A stretch of 63,997 nt of DNA, filler included, from Basidiobolus ranarum (lineage: Eukaryota): assembly GCA_040143965.1 (NCBI GenBank). It is 3 parts of 3 records of this genome, joined end to end, with 100 filler letters (N's around TTAATTAATTAA, not from the genome) between each part and the next. Parts side by side here need not be neighbours in the genome. Positions count along the whole stretch, not along the records: positions 21,488 to 42,859 come from JASJQH010007082.1; 2 more parts are not named here. The stretch is one strand, 5' to 3'. Shown here one piece after another: positions 26,351 to 38,130 of the stretch (positions are counted from its first letter, which is position 1; each line of letters starts with the position of its first letter). The position numbers and the translations under genes are program-made. Under the pieces are notes generated by a model. That model worked only from the letters and a program-made list of their open reading frames with translations, was not told where the DNA came from and searched no databases.

Positions 26351-28244
26351 TTATAGGAAATCAAACAGATATTTCTCGATCTCAAAACGTACGGTTCGAG
26401 ACACTTTCTTAACATATTCATAACTGACATTTGTCTTGCACTTCATATTATCCAAAGCATCCATACTTGTGGTGCGTATAAGCAGACGTAAGGTGATGAG
26501 CGAAGCAATCTACAAAATCAAACCAATCATTAAAAAACAGGCGAGAGTAGCAACACTGAAGATAGAGGACTAACTTGTGAGTGGATATCTACAGTGCTAT
26601 CTAACGGCCTTTCTAAGATACTAAAGAATATGGCCAGCATTCTTTCTACCGGAAATGCCTTTGGACCCACGAGTTGCTGGCGAGTCTATAGACCAGAGGG
26701 TCAGAATACAACTACAGTCTCGAAATGACCTTGAACAAAGTTACCTTTTTTCCAGTTTTATCAGCTCCTTGTTTACGTCCTCGTTTTTTTCCATTTGCTT
26801 CGCTACCGCGTGTGAAGAATCGCTGATCTAGCCTTGGTGGATTGTATGATGCCAAGTAGGATGCTATGAGTAAGAATCTGGAAAAATAAGGAAGTTCACA
26901 ATCGCCAAGATCTACATGAAGTACAGTTAGCTATACATGATAAATGCTCAATGAAAGAGATCCACTTTTACTGCATACTTTTCGACGTCAATTCCGAGAT
27001 ATCAAGTTCATTTTCCGCACTTTTTCTCTCCCATTCGGCGCTAGAGATCTCTCTGAGATATAACTTATCTGCCGCTGCAGTTAAAAATGGTTGAACCAAT
27101 CTAAACAGCTTGGTGGTCTCCGTCCTTTGAGCTAGTAAAGGATGAGATTCAATTAAATGTCAGGTTTACAGACAACTCAGAGTGAATGTAGATGTACCTT
27201 GATTTTCCAACACGGGTTGTATATATTTGGGAAATATCATGGCAACTAGATGGCGCATCTCATTTAAATCTTTACAATTTCTATGGAATACGTCGTAGAG
27301 AACATCCACAAATCCCAGGAAGAAAGTGATGTCCTCGTCTTCAGGACAATCCATTGCTATAATGTTCAAGATATCATGTGGGATTAAGTTAAAGAATCAT
27401 ATAGGTTGTCAACATTCCAGCATCAGCTTAAATAAGTAAAAAAGGATATCTTTTGTGTACTCTGGAAAGCGTATAACTAACGGCTCGAAACATCCACTCT
27501 TGCTGCGAAATTTCTCCCATACTACAGAGCTTACCATTATAACACAGATATTTTGTTTTGTCTATTTTGGCCGATAATTCTAAATCTTTAATGGATTTGC
27601 TTCCCGAGACATGAAAATCCAGACTTCACCTACCAGCTCTGACAATCTTAACAAGGCAGGTAGTACTGTGCCAGACATATCTCTCAGTCGCTCAGCTTTA
27701 TCCAAGATCTGAACCAGGATAAGGTCTCAATAATAGTGCGAAGAATAAATCATAGAAAATGCCTACCAAATAACGGGTTTCTAAAGGATTATTATATTGG
27801 CAAACCTGGCCCAATTGAATGAGGAACTCGTTGATGGAGTCACATCGAGCATGACCTTTAAACTTATTCTCAAAACTAGGTATAGTACCAGAGAGTTGGT
27901 TCAAAGCGTGCTCAAACAGTAATCTAGGTGTATAACATTCCACACAATTTAGGAAAGCGTAGTTTGTTTTTGGTAACATTTCGTGAAATAATGTCTTTAG
28001 TATAGAGGTTTTTCCAGAGGCTTGATGACCATATACAAATATAGAAGGAACTGTGACATCTGTGGGCTAATAGACATATATATAAAGAGGATCATTAATA
28101 CTTGAAACAGGGAAATAGAACAATTCATAGGAATATAACGGCAATTTATACCTTCCCAAGTAATACTAGTAATTGACGAATCTGTTTTGAACGACCGGGG
28201 AAAGCCTTGCACAATTCAGTCACTTTATCTTCTTGTTCTAACAT
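26351..28244 (-). CDS. ORC5: Origin recognition complex subunit 5
   Basis: [23 protein letters not shown] (Walker A), [72 protein letters not shown]. Multi-exon. Confidence 0.93.
27378..27449 (-). other. U12-type AT-AC intron in ORC5
   Basis: 5' ATATCCTTT, branch TTCTTTAAC about 11 nt from the 3' end, terminal CCCAC. Removal joins PEYTK-D-DILNII in frame; retention gives a TGA stop. Confidence 0.92.
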
Positions 28245-28865
28245 TGTGTTTAATGGAGGGGGAAATTATCGCTGCTTCTGCGACTGTAAATCATTTAGTT
28301 CATCTCGACTGTTTGTCAGCTACAATCCAAACAATTGGAGAAATCACTCAAATCAAAACAAACAACATGTTTATTAAAAACGTTAATTCAAACCCAAAAC
28401 ACAAAAAGGTATAACTTATGCAAATATTATGGCTTGATAACATCTTTGATGTCAATGAATATTCTAGCCCTAACCTTTAAATCAAACTAGATTCTTGTAC
28501 TATTGCACGCGTAATATTGAGTTAATTCCACTGATTTCAATGATAATTACTTCAAATTAGAAATTTGCCATTTGAATGCAAAAAACAACACCCTAGTAAT
28601 GTTATAATATTTGTCGAGAAATAGTGTCATTTCGAAAAATTAGTGAAACCAATCATTAAATTATCTATTTCTATACGCGATTTCAGTATTACAAGGGCAG
28701 GAACATCAGGGGTCTGATGAAAAAAAAAAGAATTCGATCTGCTAGTGAAAAAAATATGCAAGGCTTACTGTGTCCAATCAATGCCGAAAATCAGTTCAGG
28801 GGGAACCTGCGCATTTGAAGGGATAGAATAATATAAAAGTCTATCTATCAGAGTGTAAGTCTCTC

Positions 28866-29129
28866 AGAACACTAGCAAAGAATCGCGATTCGAAGCATCA
28901 CTCACTGAAAGGAAGTTTTTCTTGCCTTTGAACTTGCTTTGGGGAAAGTCCTCGGACCTGTGGTAGAAAGTACCGTCTATAATTGATCATCTGTTTGCTT
29001 GGTTTGACTGGCGTAGATGGAACTATTCCGGAGTCGTAAGTCAAACTGCAAATGGCCGTTCGTCATAGCACAGTAATGCGATTGTGGTTAACAACCATAA
29101 CACAACGGGGCTCACTCTTGCAGTGTTCT
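28866..29129 (+). ncRNA. NME1: RNase MRP RNA
   Basis: CR-I GGGAAAGTCCTCG pairs with CR-V ACAACGGGGCTCA (P4). P8 hairpin ggta-GAAAG-tacc has the MRP-specific GARAR loop. P1 agaacactagcaaaga/tcttgcagtgttct. TATA-like aatataaaag at ~28830; T5 at ~29135. Confidence 0.92.
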
Positions 29130-29278
29130 CACCATTTTTCTAATTATTTTCCTCCTTTTCATGCCGTTCAGTAATGGATTAGGGGTGAGATTGAGGAGGT
29201 AGTTGTCAAGTGGGTTTCCTGCTTATCTCTCTGGTAGCAAAAGGTATGTGTAGAAGTCCAATTATTGATATGTTTCAC

Positions 29279-29354
29279 TGGAATGATGCTATTTGAATTT
29301 CTTCAACTGAATACAAAATGTGGTTTCATTAACCGAGCTTTTTAACCCTGACCT
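29279..29354 (+). ncRNA. SNR47: Box C/D snoRNA snR47/SNORD36, copy 1
   Basis: C box ATGATGc, D' CTGA (29307), D CTGA (29348). Guides ttgaatttcttca (LSU UGAAGAAAUUCAA) and cgagctttttaac (SSU GUUAAAAAGCUCG) sit in the D+5 register of yeast snR47 (25S Am2220, 18S Am619). Confidence 0.9.
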
Positions 29355-29496
29355 TTCACATTACCCTTTCAACCAATTTACTCTCGAGTAACCATTTCTA
29401 ACGAACTATTTCTTTCACCAGGCCTGTTTACAACTACACATCTCGTATGGCAGTTATATATGGTAAGCATTTCACTTAATTTCATAGAGTCATTGC

Positions 29497-29572
29497 GGGA
29501 AAGATGCTATTTGAATTTCTTCAACTGAATATAAAATGTGGTTTCATTAACCGAGCTTTTTAACCCTGACCC
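29497..29572 (+). ncRNA. SNR47: Box C/D snoRNA snR47/SNORD36, copy 2
   Basis: Near-identical to copy 1 with both guides intact. C box variant AAGATGC; terminal ggg/ccc stem. Confidence 0.82.
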
Positions 29573-29667
29573 AATACGCATGACATAACACAAACTCTCT
29601 CTTTAAAGTCACACATACTCATTACATTATTTTAAAGGTTTTTGTAGTACTATCCGGAGAAATGAAA

Positions 29668-29760
29668 TCGAATGATGAACTAATTAATCAAAAGGCTTAA
29701 CCATTGAGGTGATATGTCACTTGTGATGTATCACCAAAGATACTTGATAGTTCTGACACT
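29668..29760 (+). ncRNA. Possible third (orphan) C/D-box RNA
   Basis: ATGATGA at 29672, CTGA at 29753, 13-bp internal hairpin 29708-29735. No in-register rRNA guide recognised. Confidence 0.3.
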
Positions 29761-29771
29761 TTCATCTTTTT

Positions 29772-29817
29772 TGCAAAGAGTGGTCTCTTTAACTGGGTTC
29801 GATTCCCAGATTTGCAT
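29772..29817 (+). ncRNA. Mini tRNA-like element (acceptor stem + T-arm, no anticodon arm)
   Basis: TGCAAA...TTTGCA acceptor-like stem, AGTGGT D-loop-like motif, perfect T-arm CTGGG-TTCGATT-CCCAG. Confidence 0.5.
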
Positions 29818-30150
29818 ATAAATTTTCAACAAAAAACCCTCCAAACCCGCAGTTAGATGTGACAAAAATTGGTCTCATAAAGTGAACATGTAAAATCTAG
29901 GCTAACTCTTAAAAGAGATGTCGCCGTAGATAACTCAAATGAATAGATAGACTTGAAGGAATTTTATTTAATAAATTGTTGACTCCTAGTCTGAGGAGAA
30001 TTTATATACATCAAAAGCCAATCTTGTATTTTCCCTTTAGTCCGGTCGTACCCGTAACAATCTAGTAGAAAAAGGGGTGGTTGAAATATTCGAATTGAAT
30101 AAGAACAGTATATAGGGTAAGATAGAGGCCGGTACGTTGATGAAGTACAC

Positions 30151-31469
30151 TTATTTCTTGGCGAATGTGATATGAACCCGATGTCCTGGTTGAATTTCAT
30201 ATTCCTTTAAGGCTTCTTTGGCGATGGCGGCTTGATGTTCATTCTCATACTCGACGAATGCAATATCTAATTTACCTGGAACAAGACGAACTTCCTTAAA
30301 ACCAATATATCTATTTGGACGAGTTCCATGAAATGTTAGCTTTAGCTTGAAAATGGTGAGAGGGGTTGCAATATCATAGGGTTATTCACTTACGTTTGGA
30401 ATATACCAGTCAACATTGCTTCGGTAATTCCCTCAGGAATATTTTGAATAAACAGAATCTTGTTAAGATGGAATAATGGGTCTCCAGAGCCGTATCCATA
30501 TCCTATAAAGTAACAATTCAGTAGGAGAAAATTGAGTTATGAGTATATATTGAAAAGAATTGTTACCTTTAGAGGAACCATTAGATTTGGATTGTTTCTT
30601 TGCCGAGATAGGTCCACGTTTTTCTAATTAATTTTAAAGCTTAATAACGTTACTATCTCTAGCATATCAGTAAAATAAAAAACCTTTCTCCTCCAGGCGT
30701 CTTTTTTTATGTTCTTCTAATTCGTCTTCTCCATCACGTTTGACTATAGCGTCAGATTTACCTTTGGAGTATTGAAGTAGCTAAAAGAAAACCGGTCAAA
30801 CATCAAAGATAGTTAAATTCAAGTGACACGTATGTCTTACCAATTGTCTATTATGAAAAACATGGTGTTGAGCTTCTTCTAAAGCTTTGGTAGCACTCTC
30901 CTGTTCATCGAATACAACGAAAGCCTGTCCACGCATACGAAGGTTACCGTGTGCTATGATCTCGACGATTTTCCCATATTTTTGAAAGATAGTAGTCAGT
31001 TCCTTTTTCAGCTCTAATATGAGAGGAGGTTGGTTGAGTGGACGAATAAATATACGTATTTAGTCTATTTCTAAACGTAAAACTTACTGGGAATCTTGAT
31101 CTTTTCATCGATATTACGAATGTATATGGTATTGCTAGGAGTTTCAGGTGCTGGATCTTTAGGAGTGGGTGCACTAATAACTGGGACAACGGGTGGGGTG
31201 ATAGGAGCTATCCCAGGAACAGGGAATGCACCAGGGACAGGTAAAAATGGTGGCTGTCCAGGAAGAGGAGGGAAAGGTGGTTGTCCTGGCAAAGGTACAC
31301 CAAGAGGTAAGCCAAGAGGCATAGTTGGTGGTATAGCTAGCGGGGCACCAGCAATCCCTGTTGGAGGAGCAGACGGGGGATTCTGAATGCCAGGGGTTGA
31401 TGCGGGTGAGATGGTTGGATTGGATACGGGAGAAGTACTCGGTACTTCATGAGTCGAAAGTTGGCTCAT
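30151..31469 (-). CDS. U1A / U2B'' snRNP protein (two RRMs) with Pro-rich N-terminal extension
   Basis: PSNTIYIRNIDEKIK, LRMRGQAFVVF, LLQYSKGKSD, NKILFIQNIP, GFKEVRLVPGKLDIAFVEY, HITFAKK*. Confidence 0.9.
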
Positions 31470-32302
31470 ATTGTGTAAGACGTATTGAGATGTGTTATAA
31501 AAAAATTGATGATATTTTTCACTCCTTAGACAATTAGCTATCTGATGCACTTCCGTATGCTATGATCGCTGATAACCTTCTTCGAAATGAAGCCTTTCGA
31601 ATTCAACGTACAACTGAAGATCAAAGAAAAAAAAATACGTGTTTTCTTAGAATCCTAGGCATAAGCTTCTTACGAGGAAAGTAATTCACTTCATCACATG
31701 ATGCCATGATAATTTTCCATTTTCCTTTAAACCAAATCTGTGGTTAAAAGTGGTTTTGGCTTAACCAATTTATTCCCCAACCTCGAGCTCATATTTTCCA
31801 GCAATTAAATGTTGAACGTACCACCTGAACAAACCACTTATTATGTGGCACCAAAATTGAAGGATAAGGTTGTACAGAGATGACTATTTACGGGTTCCAT
31901 TCATAGCTGGGCTCTTTGTTAGAATGCAAAGCAATATCTTCCTGCCTTACATATATGTATATATATAGAGTACGAAAGTCTAAATGCATTAGTTAATACT
32001 AGCTGGAGATAAAGCCGGAGTCATAATATGTACAGTTTCAATACCAAATTCATGCCAGTAAATTATAATTTCATGTATGTAAATGTCAAGAGCCGGTTAT
32101 GTACAAGTCGTACACCTCACTAACGGGAACATTTATTTAATATAACTTGGCCATTGGGGGGTATATACGTCGCTTTTTCACTTATTAAAAACAAACTGGA
32201 TATTGTGTTTTGAGAGTTCTCCACAGTTCTTTATGTTGATTGAGAAACCATCCTTTGTTTATCACTTGTAAATTTTTGAAGTCCACTTAATTCTATATAA
32301 TT

Positions 32303-33808
32303 ATGAAGCTTTTCAAAACTCGCAACACTGGGTTTTACAAGGTGACAGGTTCTATTTCGGCTAGAGTTACTCTTCTTGGAGTTCAGGAATCATTATTACA
32401 AGAAGCTGAAAGAAATATAGTATGGTATCGAGAGCATTTCTTTGGTCAAGGTAAAGAAAACTAACAGGGTTATCTTTATTTTTCCTTCATCTCAACTTAC
32501 TGAAACGATTCGATTTAGAGCACCAAAATTACCTCGCTTTGAAAAGCCGACATGGTCCTTTATCTATATCAGTTGTTGAGGACTTTGATAAACAAAAATA
32601 TCATGTTTTGATAAGAACTTCGCAGGTAAATTTCTTCTATATTCCTTGGTTGTCTTTGAAATTTTTACCAACTACTATTCTTCTAGGGAACCGAATTTTA
32701 TTCCTTGGATATTTCTTGTGTTCATAATCCCTGGTACCGACGCTATATATCGTTACCTCCTACTATAAGCACAATACTTCGAGCGTTGCAATACTTTCCT
32801 GATTCATCGAAACTTTACTTGTGTAAGAATCCCATGCTACCCAATGGGCTTTTAGAAATGGAAGAACGTCAGGTATAACTTATTTCGTTCATTTTAGTAG
32901 TTAAAGCACCTACTAAATTATGAGTTTAGGTTATTCGTAGTTACAAGTTTGGGATTGGATACCTCGGACCTGGACAATCTTCTGAAGAGCATATGTATTC
33001 TACTCGCTCAGGTAAGTTCTTTATTTTTTGAGAGACCTTAGTTTATACATTCTAACCAAGGTTTGTATAGAGCAAACATCCCCTGGATTCTTAAAATTCC
33101 TAAGTTTCTTGGGAGAAACGGTTCCTTTAAAGGATTGGAAAGGGTATCGAGGTGGATTAGATGTGATTAGTAAGTCCAACCTAATATTTTACTGTATCTT
33201 TTTCAGCCAGTCTAAGCAATGTTATTTTGTAGGTGATAACACTGGTAAAGAATCCGTTTACACTAGTTGGCAAAATTACGAGATCATGTTTCATGTAGCT
33301 TCTATGCTGCCATATGATCCTCGAGATGAACAATTTTTGGAGCGAAAAAGGCACCTCGGAAATGATATAGTGTTGATAATTTTTGACGAAAGTGAAGAAG
33401 CTTTTCAACTAAGTACAATCTCCTCCAACCGAAATCATGTCATATGTTTGGTAAAGCCAGTGGAGAATGGATATTGGTAAATATCTTGATGGCCATACAC
33501 ATCCCTAATTCTCTTACTCATGATTTAAGTAGTATATCCTTAGCTTGTCGAAAAGATGTCCCCACTTTCCAACCTATGCTCCCTGAACCCTCCATCATTA
33601 ACCAGGACGCCATTTCTCGGGATTTCTTACTACATATATGTAAGTTGATGTTTATTAAGTATTGGTTCCGATTATCCTAACATCTAATGCTCCATCGGTA
33701 GTAATTAATGCTGAACGTGCATCGTATAAAGCTCCGGTGTTTTCAGCGCAAATCTCCCGAACAAGATCGGTTTTATTGTATGATATTGCCGAAAGATTCA
33801 TTGGATAA
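32303..33808 (+). CDS. Rap GTPase-activating protein (Rap_GAP domain), paralog 1
   Basis: YREHFFG, YKFGIGYL, FLSFLG, GYRGGLD, EIMFHVASMLP, RKRHLGNDIV (Asn thumb), INAERA. 7 introns. Confidence 0.9.
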
Positions 33809-34219
33809 TTCCACTTCTAAATAATTTACATGTACAGCCTTAAGATATTTTGATTGGGTGGATTTCTCCCATTTATTTTAAACTCATCCCCCCTTGTGTT
33901 CTTTGTAAATGTTAGGTTTAGTTAATATACTTGGTCGCGTGTTTACAAACTACCCCTCAAATCGTAATAACCGTTATTTTAATCAACCTCTTTTATTATC
34001 GATTTTGAAAGGCTTGCCCATGATTACCCGTACAGATGTAAAGTCAAATTGCTCTATATTGTTTAACAATCCATTGGATGAATCTTTGTTAGGTAAAAAT
34101 AACTAAATATGTGACAGAGTACAAGTGTGCTTGGTTAAGGGAAGGTCAACAAATATGTAAAAATAGTGAGATGGCCCTTTGAACAAATCCCACTTCATTA
34201 GTATGAAAGTATGCTTAAT

Positions 34220-35559
34220 CTATTGGGTTTCGACAAGTTGAGGGAATCCATCCGAATTGGGATGCTTAGCCTTTTCATGGAATGTACGTAACAGAGTGTC
34301 AACATTTTCCAAGCTTTGAGGGCGGATATCTGCCAATAATTTGATTTGTGCGGTAACATGTTTGACTTGTTCATCACTGAGCTCCAAACCAAGTTGTTGG
34401 ACTCTGTTCTTGACTGCATTCCAGCCAGTAAGTCTATGTCCGATAGATACATATCTAGTCATACCGAAATCTTCGGGCTTAAGGATTTCATAGGTAGATG
34501 GGTTATTTAAGATAGCTTTAGCGTGGATTCCGGCCTTGTGGGTAAATGCACAGTATCCGGTGATGTAGTTGTTAAATGGAACTTGAATGTCCACTGCTTC
34601 GGCAACAAGATTCTCAATATCACGAAGCATCTCAAGCTTATACTTGCCCATAATATACTCTCTGCCTACGACATACATACGAGCACAAAGGCCGCCCAAG
34701 GGTGTAATACCGTTACGCTCACCAATACCAAGAACCGAGGTATCAATATGTGTGGCACCAGCTTCCAAAGCAGCATAGGCGTTAGCAATGGCACATCCGG
34801 TGTCGTTATGGAAATGACACTCAATATCACAGGAAACCACACCGCGTAATGTGCGGACCAATTCGTAGACTTGACGTGGGTTGGCACAACCAACTGTGTC
34901 AGCAATACCAACACGATTAACACCAAGTTTGTCGACAGTACGATAGATGTTTAATAAATCAACCAAATCACTACGGAAAGAGTCTTCGCTGGAAAAACGA
35001 ACTTCCAATCCGGTAGATTTGATATAGTTCACCACTTCAGTGGCTTGCTGGGTTATGTAGTCCATGTCCTTTCCATGGGAGAATTTGCGAAGGAAAGAAG
35101 ATGTCCCGATAACAACATCCAAACCATCAACACCTAAAATTCATAGTAAGTATTGGTTGCATTGCATAACTTAAAGATAATATTGACATACCAGTATCAA
35201 CAGCCAAACGTGCATCATCCATATGACAGCGTACATGTGTAAGGATCTTAGCCTTCAAACCCAACTGGCAAATGGCCTTGCAATCATCGCGGGACTGTTC
35301 AGAAGCAGCAGGCGAGGTTAATTCGAGATATTCGACACCAAATTCATCCAGAGCTTTGGCAATTTCAATCTTCTTTGCGGTGTCAAAGAAGGCATTTGCG
35401 AATTGTTCACCCTCTAAACAAGTTATGTTAATTGATTATCTTCTAAATAATGACAGACCAAAGGTTACCTCTTAATGTAGATTCGATAATAGCGAAGTTA
35501 TCGACACGACTCAGATAGTCGGAAACGGCACTAGCGTAGGGATTTCTTTGTTCAGTCAT
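34220..35559 (-). CDS. LYS20: Homocitrate synthase
   Basis: [70 protein letters not shown]. Two 5' introns. Confidence 0.97.
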
Positions 35560-35936
35560 AGTTTCGAAAGCTCAATGAAAATGTATTAAAGCGAAAAGGT
35601 AGATAAACTACTGGATAAGTGTCTCAATAGTTAGGAGTTTCTCAGTATTTAAATCAAGTGAGGGGACGATGATCCTCAAACTCGAAAACACCTCCTTTTA
35701 AAGTCTTACTAATTGATTCTAAAACAAAAAGATTGATCTTGAAATATGTACTGCCGAGCTCTGTACTGGCACATCTAACCCATACAAATTCCGCGACTTG
35801 AAAAAGCCAATCACAGCAGTGAAATATTTCAGTTACAGGTTCTTTGATTTGATAAATATGAGAACATGCTTTACGTAGTTAGTTGTAACATTCAAGGGTT
35901 TAGATTTCGTGTCACTTAATTTGAATGTAAGGAGAA

Positions 35937-35980
35937 TGAGTCAGATTCGAGTCATTTTGAAGTTTGACCAGAAGAGTCAT
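35937..35980. promoter_or_regulatory. Gcn4/Cpc1-type element cluster upstream of homocitrate synthase
   Basis: TGAGTCA at 35937 plus two GAGTCA half-matches within 45 bp, about 380 bp upstream of the ATG. Confidence 0.55.
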
Positions 35981-38130
35981 TACGAAAACGATTATCGAGG
36001 ATCTTATTGTTGGCTAGAATTATACGAATGTGGGAATTGCTGATAATAATAAAAAGGAATGTTGGTGTTGTTTCAGTGCTATACATATGCTTATGATGCT
36101 GTGTCTGAATGCTATCTGATGTTATGTGTTTGAATGCTATCTCATAGCATGTGTTTGTATGCTTTCTAATGTTAACCCTGGCACAGAAAGAGATACGGAA
36201 CGGTATCTGGAGTAGATTCAAGATAGTGAACCATATGGGACAGAGTAGCATTTGGCGACAAAAAGCTCGATTCTATTTGATCGTGACAGGGATTTATCGC
36301 CCCAACCCAAATTAGCCACAATAGTCAAGTCATGGGGAAGAAATATATTTTATTATTCCAAAATAGGGCCAAGTAGATCTCAATATTGATCCGGGGAATG
36401 CTGATTAGGAGGTCAAGACCAATTGCAGCCATTTGCGTATTATGACTAACTTTGAGCAAGAATTGCATATGCTAATGGTGAAGCTTTAATAGGTAAGCAC
36501 TATCAACATAATACGTATAGGCAAGATAATCCGTATGGGCAAGATGGTCAAACAGTGACCTTTCCATCACACACTGCGTATATATATAGGCGTAGCGCAT
36601 TTGATGAGCACATGAAAATTATTTCGAAATCAAGTATAAATAAGTATACTAAGGATTCCTTTTTTTATCTGCATTTGGGATGTTATATGGTAGCTAAATA
36701 TCTAAATGCCATTAAAAAGAAACACTTCCTCTTGTAGATGTATGTATTCTGAACATCTTTTTTGCTTCTTTCGATAGAGAACAAGCTTAGTCTGATCACC
36801 AATGGTCATATTAATGCTAATTTATTTACCATCAGAAGGGTGTTTGTGCGGCGAGTCTTACTCTTGCAACAGGTGTTTCTAGAGTGTTTAGCAAATACAG
36901 CTCTTCATTTAGTTTACTTGGCGAATGAGAGGACTTGGAACTGACCCCGATATGGTGCCACGAAGAAAGTGGTTGACTTGGTCTAAATATTATCTATAGT
37001 CACTGTATTACATGGGTTATTTCAACGAGAAGTATACAAAAGAATGTTGACAGCTATTCAGATGGGACAGTTCAAGCCACTTTCCGTCAATGAGAAAGGA
37101 GATAATAGACAAGAAATGGCTACTAGCCTCATATTACATTGTTTGCTTATTCGGAGAATCACGATTTACAATGAACATGCATAATCTTGATTTGTCTAGT
37201 ACCGTACAAAGGCTAGCCACACGTGACGTCTACAAAATTTACAAAGGCTGAGAATAACAAATTTGTCAAAAGAGCTACTTGTGTGGTGGGTTTATATCAA
37301 AACTCTCTTTGTAATGTGGCCATCTAAGAATGACTGGCAGTAGTTTTTGAAAATGGCTGAGAATGTGTCGTGCTAACATATCATCACTTAGTAACAGTCA
37401 CAGAAGGTTTAAATCATGCGAGTCAATATCCCGATTACCTAAAATGGGTTACCTCAAACAGGACAAGCTTTCGGTTCCGATTCCGATTCTTTGTTAACTG
37501 ATTCAGGTGACCTTTTGATTGGCTGTAGAAGTGGTTTTGTTCAGTATGCATTATTTAGCTGGACAATTCCTACAATTTCAATGCAACTGTTATTGGATGG
37601 GTGGTGAGTAATGATTGCAGTTTAATTGATGTATTACTTGATTAGTTGCCCATTTTACTGTTAATAAACCATGCCTTTATTCAAATCTCTCCTCTTTCCT
37701 TGGTATTCTTCACGCATTGATCCCGTTAGCTCATTCTTTCTAACCTTAACCTCACCTTAATTGTTATTTATAAACCCTTCCTCGCCGTATCATTGTTGAG
37801 TCTCACTCACGTTCGTCTGTATATCAATTACGAGTTATTCGTACTTCTGCTTCATTGAGGTTTTGCCTTCGCTTGTTAAAGTATACCGTAGCCCCGCTGA
37901 GATTACTGAGAAAGCTTAGTTTTGTTAACCCGAAGCACCTGCGTTTCCTCTCGATTATTTAAGTTTAACTACTTTTAATTCGTTGCGAGGTTTATACATA
38001 TAGCATTTGAATTCCTTTCTTCTTCAACTTGTAAACACTTTATCTTATCCTTGTTGATATACCCCAATAGTTGGAAACAACTATTCACAACTTACCCTCA
38101 TATATATATACACTATATTCAAATAGCTTA

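Larger units (their letters stand above)
29244..29637 (+). ncRNA. Spliced non-coding snoRNA host transcript (two introns, 41-nt middle exon)
   Basis: Intron 29244-29421 (GTATGT, ttctaac, caccAG) and intron 29463-29637 (GTAAGC...ttaaAG), each containing a snoRNA. No ORF. Confidence 0.75.

Noticed and set aside
36920-37400. Stop-interrupted reading frame (MRGLGTDPDMVPRRKW...)
   Set aside because: Possibly a decayed gene or TE, but no family is recognisable.
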